A stretch of 64,000 nucleotides of DNA, from positions 1-64,000 of the IMG/VR virus record IMGVR_UViG_3300017971_002536. One strand, 5' to 3'. Made by a program: the position numbers and the translations under genes. The notes under the pieces are model-generated. The model was not told where the DNA came from and did not search any database. It worked only from the letters and a program-made list of their open reading frames with translations. This DNA is from a virus. Shown here piece by piece: positions 58,025 through 64,000 of this stretch. Each line of letters starts with the position of its first letter. Within the stretch, counting starts at the first letter, position 1.

Positions 58025-59863
58025 CTATTTCTCCTTGTTTTTCCGTACTCGATGTCTAAATAATAATTTAGGTGTACTTTTCGTCTCCGTTTTTAAATCT
58101 ATTTGTATATATTGATTCTTTTGACCATCGATTTCAATAATTAACTTTGTACCATCAACATTTACTTTTAATGGTTGTTGTGGTTCACAATAATGTTCAG
58201 GTGGATATAAATCTACTTGAGCTGTCTTTTTATTTATTACACTTGTATGTACATCGTTACCACAACCGTGTACTTCTTTCCAAATGTTTTCAAGTTGATC
58301 TTGACCCTCAGGTGTCTTGGCGAGTTGTTCTAATGATTCTCCCATTTTTTTGGTATACCAAGTTTTTAACTTAGCTTTCCTTTTCATAATCTCTTGAGCA
58401 TCCATCGTGTCTACATCCCACTTGTTTTCTTTCCATACTTTCGCCCAATCTTCGTCAAGTTTCTTTCCTGCTTCACCACCAATATAATGTGACCCTGCAT
58501 TTCCCGTTCCCGAATTTTTCATTGTTATATTCGATGGATCGGTATAAATCTTAGCAGATATTTTCATCATTTTATCTTTTCCATCTTTATCTTTATACAT
58601 AACAACTAAATCCGTCGGATCAACTTTTTCATCAATACCGTATAAATCCATAAGTTTTTTTGCACCAATACCACCAGTATTTCTAGCATCAGTTATTGTA
58701 GCTCCTTCAGGAAGTGATCCACGAATTTTATCGGCTAACTCTTTGTTTGTCTCATTTGACGCTTTAAGATTTCCACCAAGTTTTTTATATTCTTCAGTAT
58801 TATGATCATGTAATTCTTTAGCTTCTTTATAGTTTTGTGAATCTTCAGGTATCAAATCCAACACTACTCCAGATTCATTATATTTTCCGGACATATCAGC
58901 TAATGCTCTATCTGCAGACGAACCACGAATCGGCACCGATATTCCCTCTTTTTTTATCATTTCGTTCATTAATCTTGTTACTACAGTTCCACTATCTCCG
59001 GTCATAGCTTTATAATGAACACCATATTCAGGACCCGCTTGTGGAGTTAAATAAATCTTTTTACCACCAGCATGACCTTCAATAATAATGTAATCGGCTA
59101 ATCTATTAAGATTTTCTACTCTTTCTTCGTATGTCTTAGCATTTATAAATCCATCCCATGAGTTAGAAAGAATGTCTATCCTTTTCTTTGTTTCCGGGTC
59201 AGCATCTTTTGTTTTGTCTCTTATCTTATCGAGTTTCGCCTTTTCTTTTTCATAAGCCTTACCCTTGATCACGGGCTCAACTGGAGTTCCCTTTGGTTCT
59301 TCCTCTTTTTCTACGGGCTCGCCCTTTTCGGCTTTGGCGATGTCCTCCGGTGACGCGTCCTTTTTGACTAAAACCTGACCGCGTTTTGGATCGTGTGACT
59401 TAACCGTGTAAATGTTTCCTGTCTCTTTCTTCTTTACTATGTCATCCTCGTTTATCTCGTCCTCGTCCTCGGTGTCCACATCTAAATAATCTAACTCTAA
59501 CATTATTTCTTCGGTGTAAGGTGTGTCTCGTTCTTCCTCGTCTCTATCATCCATTGGTAACTTGTCTTGATCCGCATGATCTTGTGGTTGTATTGGATTG
59601 ATATAAGGTTGCGGTTCTGCTTGATCGGAATGAACGCCATCAAAATCTGTATAAATACCAACTTGATCTATTTTATTTGGATTCTTTTTCACAGGGATTC
59701 TGAGATTGTTCATTGTCTTTTCTATTAATTCATATGACATCCCTTTTTCTTCAAAAATCTCTCGTAATATTATTAAATGATCGTTGTTTTTCAAATCAGG
59801 CAAACCATTTGATACTCGATATGATAATTCTTTAATAACTTCCTCTATAAACTCTTTGTTCAT
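58025..59863 (-). CDS. Large hypothetical protein with acidic linker and possible C-terminal PD-(D/E)XK-like domain
   Basis: YNESG..DPTDLVV..KISAK; TATTTATA at 59893-59900 upstream. Confidence 0.55.
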   Translation of the reverse strand: MNKEFIEEVIKELSYRVSNGLPDLKNNDHLIILREIFEEKGMSYELIEKTMNNLRIPVKKNPNKIDQVGIYTDFDGVHSDQAEPQPYINPIQPQDHADQDKLPMDDRDEEERDTPYTEEIMLELDYLDVDTEDEDEINEDDIVKKKETGNIYTVKSHDPKRGQVLVKKDASPEDIAKAEKGEPVEKEEEPKGTPVEPVIKGKAYEKEKAKLDKIRDKTKDADPETKKRIDILSNSWDGFINAKTYEERVENLNRLADYIIIEGHAGGKKIYLTPQAGPEYGVHYKAMTGDSGTVVTRLMNEMIKKEGISVPIRGSSADRALADMSGKYNESGVVLDLIPEDSQNYKEAKELHDHNTEEYKKLGGNLKASNETNKELADKIRGSLPEGATITDARNTGGIGAKKLMDLYGIDEKVDPTDLVVMYKDKDGKDKMMKISAKIYTDPSNITMKNSGTGNAGSHYIGGEAGKKLDEDWAKVWKENKWDVDTMDAQEIMKRKAKLKTWYTKKMGESLEQLAKTPEGQDQLENIWKEVHGCGNDVHTSVINKKTAQVDLYPPEHYCEPQQPLKVNVDGTKLIIEIDGQKNQYIQIDLKTETKSTPKLLFRHRVRKNKEK

Positions 59864-59918
59864 ATGTTTTCTCCATTACATTATTATCCATATATAAATA
59901 TAAGTATGTCTAATATTT

Positions 59919-61268
59919 CTATTCCGAATTGAATGTTTTTGTTATATCTTGTAAGTCTTGATAATCATATCCAAAATAAGCTTTTGTTGGAAATACTTTT
60001 AATATATCTCGTAATCCATTTATCATTTCTTTTCCATCTTCTTGACTTATGTCAAATAAAAAAGAATCATATACATACATCACTAACTTTGATTTATAGT
60101 TTTTCAAATACTCATTTATCTTTTGAATTAAAATCATATTGGCTTCCGTTTCCATACATTGAATAAAATAGTTGAATATTTTTGTGGGGCTCGGATCAAC
60201 AATATGTTTCAAATATATTCTTCTTTGAGATAATGGAGTTTCATAATATCCATCTTTTTTTATTTGTCGCCAAATACCAAAATAAAAATCCTGTACCTTG
60301 GCGAAAAATGGAACAGCTTCCCTGACTTCCTTTGGTACTCCACCATATAAAAGTTGAAAATTCATCGTCTTAGAATCATTGTATTCTTCCTCAGTTAATT
60401 CCTCTTTTCCAAAATAATATCGACCTAAATATGTGTGTATATTCTTTTCGCCAAACTCGTAGCCGATTAACCTGGCGATAAGATTCAAATGATATGAATC
60501 AAAATCAAATAATAAAAAGGCGTCATTGGTTGGAATGAATGACTTTCTATGTCCTTTATCCTTGTCTATGGCAGCAAAATTCAACCCACCATACTTATTC
60601 GATGGGCGACCGGTAGATGTGTAAAAGTTGTACTCACTATATATCTTGTTGTCACTCGATATGTACTTTTTTATTTTTTCGCCGTAATACTTCTCTAATG
60701 TGTCCACATTTACACCTATTCCATTCCTCTCTACATCATACATCGTTTCTAAATTCTTCGTGTAAAAATCATATCCACTTGGAATTAAATGATTCATTCT
60801 TATAGAAATAATTTTTCCGGCATTATCTTGATGTAATTCAACGTGTTTTGGTAATGGAATGTAACTATTTATATTTTGTTCGTGACTATATTTTCTGTTG
60901 TAATAAAGGTGTGTCTGAGTGTCCAGATTCCACACGGGCGTATTGTTATGATACAGATAGTAAAACATATCCATATCTTTTATGTCCTTGTTTTTTATAA
61001 AACTTAGAAGTCGTTTTTGGTTGATAGTCCATATTATGCTTGGTTGAATCTCGTCTAATATCGATATATCCATATTAACGGTGTCGGTGTGATTAAATCC
61101 AATAACATATTCGTCGCCAGAATCAACTACCCTAACATAAATCAATGATAATTCATTGTCACAATAATGTTTTGTTGGATTTACTAAAGTAGGTAAAATA
61201 ACTATTTCTTTGTTCTCGATTACCGATAAAAATACCTTGTAATCGTCCATTGTTTCTATAATATTCAT
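59919..61268 (-). CDS. Divergent family A DNA polymerase-like protein
   Basis: TSTGRPS, RKSF, FDFDSYH (motif A), SKTMNFQLLYG (B), YVYDS (C). Confidence 0.8.
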   Translation of the reverse strand: MNIIETMDDYKVFLSVIENKEIVILPTLVNPTKHYCDNELSLIYVRVVDSGDEYVIGFNHTDTVNMDISILDEIQPSIIWTINQKRLLSFIKNKDIKDMDMFYYLYHNNTPVWNLDTQTHLYYNRKYSHEQNINSYIPLPKHVELHQDNAGKIISIRMNHLIPSGYDFYTKNLETMYDVERNGIGVNVDTLEKYYGEKIKKYISSDNKIYSEYNFYTSTGRPSNKYGGLNFAAIDKDKGHRKSFIPTNDAFLLFDFDSYHLNLIARLIGYEFGEKNIHTYLGRYYFGKEELTEEEYNDSKTMNFQLLYGGVPKEVREAVPFFAKVQDFYFGIWRQIKKDGYYETPLSQRRIYLKHIVDPSPTKIFNYFIQCMETEANMILIQKINEYLKNYKSKLVMYVYDSFLFDISQEDGKEMINGLRDILKVFPTKAYFGYDYQDLQDITKTFNSE

Positions 61269-61288
61269 TCATAACCTTTGGTAAGATG

Positions 61289-61663
61289 TTAACCTTGCCA
61301 GAATTGTAATAAATTTCCCAAATACAACGAAATTCCTGGCATATTTTTTTCTTGAAAAATAAGTGTATTACTATTTTTACGCTGTATTTCGTCAAAAGTT
61401 CCATTAATTACCCAGCGTAACCGAATCGCTGAGTAATAACTTGACGCGGATGTAGGAAATATACCTGTTAACTTCAAATACTCGTCCTTGTCTATCTCTA
61501 TAATTTGAGCTTTTTCATTTACTCGTGGCTTGGCGAAATATCGTTCAATATATCCAATACGATAATCTTCAGCATCAGGTTGTGGAAGATGTTGTTTTGG
61601 ATATTTGCGTATTGTCGCTGATTCGCCGGACGCTCTACTATATTCTTTACGTAATTGGTTCAT
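61289..61663 (-). CDS. Hypothetical (probably baseplate-associated) protein
   Basis: P..EDY..GYIERYF..IIEID; start moved to MNQLR after GAGGG. Confidence 0.55.
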   Translation of the reverse strand: MNQLRKEYSRASGESATIRKYPKQHLPQPDAEDYRIGYIERYFAKPRVNEKAQIIEIDKDEYLKLTGIFPTSASSYYSAIRLRWVINGTFDEIQRKNSNTLIFQEKNMPGISLYLGNLLQFWQG

Positions 61664-63875
61664 TTTCAGTAAATCCCTCGTCACTTGTTGAATCTTCGTT
61701 TTCTTGTGCAGGTGTAATAGGTGTAGATGATTTTTCTCCACTATTATCATAAGTATTAACAGGTCTAAAGAACGCTCTTAATGTCGTTGTCCAATCATCA
61801 GAAGTAATTTCATGAGCAATTTCCACTACTTGAAATACACCAGAATCTTTATACATTTTTGGTAAATTATCTAATGTAAATACATTTCCAGGTAATATAC
61901 CACTTATACCATCTATTGTTACACTTATTTCTAATGGATAAATGGGAATAAGTTTTTGTTCATTTTTCTTTGTTCTTTGTCGTAAATATTCATCGACCAA
62001 CTTTATATCATTTTCATTTCTATAAAAATATCTTTCATCTTTATTTGGTTTTTTACCATCACGCCAAAATACGCCACCAGCATCATCAGATTCCAAATCT
62101 CTACCCCTAACATTTGATTCTTCCTCAGCCGCTTCATCCGTCTTTTCCTCTAAAGCAACATCAGGTTCAAATCTCAAGTTTCTCAACACTCTATCTACAG
62201 TATTACCATATACTGATGTAACACCACTATCCGAATCGGCACTATATACCATATTTTGTGATTTTTCTTTATCTTTATTTTTTCCAAAAAAGTAAGTTAA
62301 TGCTACTTGATTTGTCATTTTTGATGTAAATCCCACATTTCGTAAAATACTCTCACCACTATAACCACCAAAATTAAAAATCTCATTATTCTTGGCTTCG
62401 TCGTCTTTATTACTCATTAACATTCCTACGTCGGCTAATGATTTTCTACTTACATACTTTTGATCTATAATATGAGACTTACTTTCGCCAAGGGCGTTCG
62501 TTTGTATCTTTAAATCCCATAAATCAAATAATGAATTCCTAACCTTGTTCATCATTTTCATTACTGCTTCTTCAAGAGTCTCACTCGTGTTAAATGAATC
62601 AACTACTAAACTTCTTTTCAAATATACATTCTTTAAAAATCCATCTTTTAACGGATCAATTTCACCAAACAAATCTTTATTATAATCGTCAGGTGGAGTA
62701 GGAAATGGTATCATAGTAGCATTATTATTGTTATTAATAAGTACATCCGAACTACGAGAATATAAAAAATCTCCATCATTCGACACTTTTGTTTGTGAAC
62801 TATCCATTTCAAAAGCGAAAAACTTTGGATCACCATTAACTATCGGACAACCATGTTTATTTATTATTTTCTTTTCTATAAATTCCCACGACATAAAAAC
62901 ATCGCCTTCAGTATCAGGTATATGTGTTATTGTAGGTGAAAGTAAACTACCAAAAAAACTTACACTTGTAGTTCCTTCAACATCTTCTACTTTTACAAGA
63001 TGTCTTTTATCGTCAAGACTATCTATTTGTTTTCCTAAATTTTCTTGACTAAATGCTTTTTCAGTAAATTCTCGTATACCATATACTTTCTTATCATCTT
63101 TTTTCGTCGTTCCTTGATTTTTTACATCCTTGTTTAAATTCAAGGCTAACATAGTCTCACCAAATGTAGTTAACTCGGTCGTACAAGTAAAACTACCATC
63201 TTCATTCATATTCCATGTCCAATTCGTGATAATACCAATAAAGAAATCTTGATTTCCGGCGTAGGCTCTATTGTCACCTTTCAAAACAACTTTTTTCATA
63301 ACTTCAGCAGGATAACGATATAATTCAGCCATTGCTACATCGTCCTCAAAATTTACACCAACCGGAATTTGACCTATATTCGACCAACCCCATTCTACCA
63401 TTACACTTATTCCTGGCGTCAACCAATAAGGCATCAAAATGTCCAAATCCTCTACACTTGGACAAACCCAATTTATTGTGATCTTCCTCAATGATCCATA
63501 TTCACCTTTACTGGCTACTGAAATCGATTCTATACCTGGCATCGGTCTATCTAACAACTCTCGTCCTTTCGCCACTCGTTGATAAACGGGCTCAAAACCA
63601 CCACGCGTGGCGCCTGACGGACGAAGTAAACCACCTACCATTATGTTGATGTCCTTTCGTATTTCCTCAGGAAAATGACCTGTCTCGGTCACTCCACTGT
63701 TGCCAACTTTTCTCGTTTGGGATGTTACTCGTACAGCATTTGACACTGCTCGTACCCAAACGGCACGCGGTTTGTTGTCCTCGCCGAATGTTTGGTTTTT
63801 TCGTCTCAATAACTCTTTCTTGATGTTTGGATGAAAATCACCTAATACCGGCCATGTCCTAAATTCATTCGCCAT
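61647..63875 (-). CDS. Baseplate hub/tail-associated protein (gp27/gpD-like)
   Basis: PMPGIES..VMVEWGW; C-terminal TIDGISGI.PG..FQV..IAHEI...WTTTL; follows a LysM/gp53-like gene. Confidence 0.55.
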   Translation of the reverse strand: MANEFRTWPVLGDFHPNIKKELLRRKNQTFGEDNKPRAVWVRAVSNAVRVTSQTRKVGNSGVTETGHFPEEIRKDINIMVGGLLRPSGATRGGFEPVYQRVAKGRELLDRPMPGIESISVASKGEYGSLRKITINWVCPSVEDLDILMPYWLTPGISVMVEWGWSNIGQIPVGVNFEDDVAMAELYRYPAEVMKKVVLKGDNRAYAGNQDFFIGIITNWTWNMNEDGSFTCTTELTTFGETMLALNLNKDVKNQGTTKKDDKKVYGIREFTEKAFSQENLGKQIDSLDDKRHLVKVEDVEGTTSVSFFGSLLSPTITHIPDTEGDVFMSWEFIEKKIINKHGCPIVNGDPKFFAFEMDSSQTKVSNDGDFLYSRSSDVLINNNNNATMIPFPTPPDDYNKDLFGEIDPLKDGFLKNVYLKRSLVVDSFNTSETLEEAVMKMMNKVRNSLFDLWDLKIQTNALGESKSHIIDQKYVSRKSLADVGMLMSNKDDEAKNNEIFNFGGYSGESILRNVGFTSKMTNQVALTYFFGKNKDKEKSQNMVYSADSDSGVTSVYGNTVDRVLRNLRFEPDVALEEKTDEAAEEESNVRGRDLESDDAGGVFWRDGKKPNKDERYFYRNENDIKLVDEYLRQRTKKNEQKLIPIYPLEISVTIDGISGILPGNVFTLDNLPKMYKDSGVFQVVEIAHEITSDDWTTTLRAFFRPVNTYDNSGEKSSTPITPAQENEDSTSDEGFTENEPIT

Positions 63876-63878
63876 TTA

Positions 63879-64000
63879 TTACCTCGTTTGATTTATTATT
63901 TCTAAATCAGAAAATATTTTTGATAGATTTTGTGGAATTCTAAGCTGTGTGCCAGGAATAACATTTAATGTTCCTTTTCCAACATGATTTGCTTGAGCAA
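63879..64000 (-). CDS. 3' end of a LysM/gp53-like baseplate wedge protein (truncated by window)
   Basis: Hand translation AQANHVGKGTLNVIPGTQLRIP..QTR-stop. Confidence 0.6.
   Translation of the reverse strand, partial: AQANHVGKGTLNVIPGTQLRIPQNLSKIFSDLEIINQTR

Noticed and set aside
220-63048. Dozens of plus-strand ORFs in the track, and minus-strand 1242-1445 and 46587-46790
   Set aside because: They are antisense or out-of-frame shadows of well-supported genes, without RBS or recognisable motifs. Only 48893-49585 is credible on the plus strand.
1-64000. Stop-codon reassignment, as in some large phages
   Set aside because: Core genes are full length in code 11, and TAA, TAG and TGA all end genes at sensible positions.
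1-64000. tRNA, rRNA, CRISPR arrays, IS elements, specific host assignment
   Set aside because: None was recognised, and intergenic gaps are short. Strong SD use and promoter shape are not enough to name a host.

Overview
This 64 kb window comes from a large, AT-rich, T4-like (myovirus-type) dsDNA phage genome using the standard genetic code, with nearly all genes on the minus strand. From left to right: (1) a ~26 kb nucleotide-sugar/glycan cluster (Gmd, Fcl-like, RfbH/ColD-like, RmlB, RmlD, FdtA, two DegT aminotransferases, a sugar C-methyltransferase, several O-methyltransferases, a sulfotransferase and about ten glycosyltransferases); (2) a Nudix/macrodomain/SLOG/3-TM block; (3) the replisome (gp62/gp44/gp45/gp43), interleaved with three GT-B glycosyltransferases, DUF1599/Nmad1, RmlA and a PLOD-like GT; (4) dUTPase and class II RNR; (5) an early region with four near-identical sigma70 promoters; (6) helicase, RNase H, an orphan MunI-like restriction endonuclease, a Vsr-like endonuclease, UvsX, gp32, a PolA-like gene and baseplate genes. 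Best candidate new system: the DNA polymerase ends in a canonical PIP box (QKKINKFF), and a similar terminal KFF(D/E)-type motif occurs on the three replisome-embedded glycosyltransferases, a methyltransferase, a small enzyme-like ORF and the clamp-loader subunit. This suggests clamp-tethered DNA glycosylation. Second: the orphan MunI homolog coincides with an apparently complete absence of its site CAATTG, and GATATC and GGATCC also appear absent. All family calls come from motif recognition by eye; no searches were run and site counts are manual.
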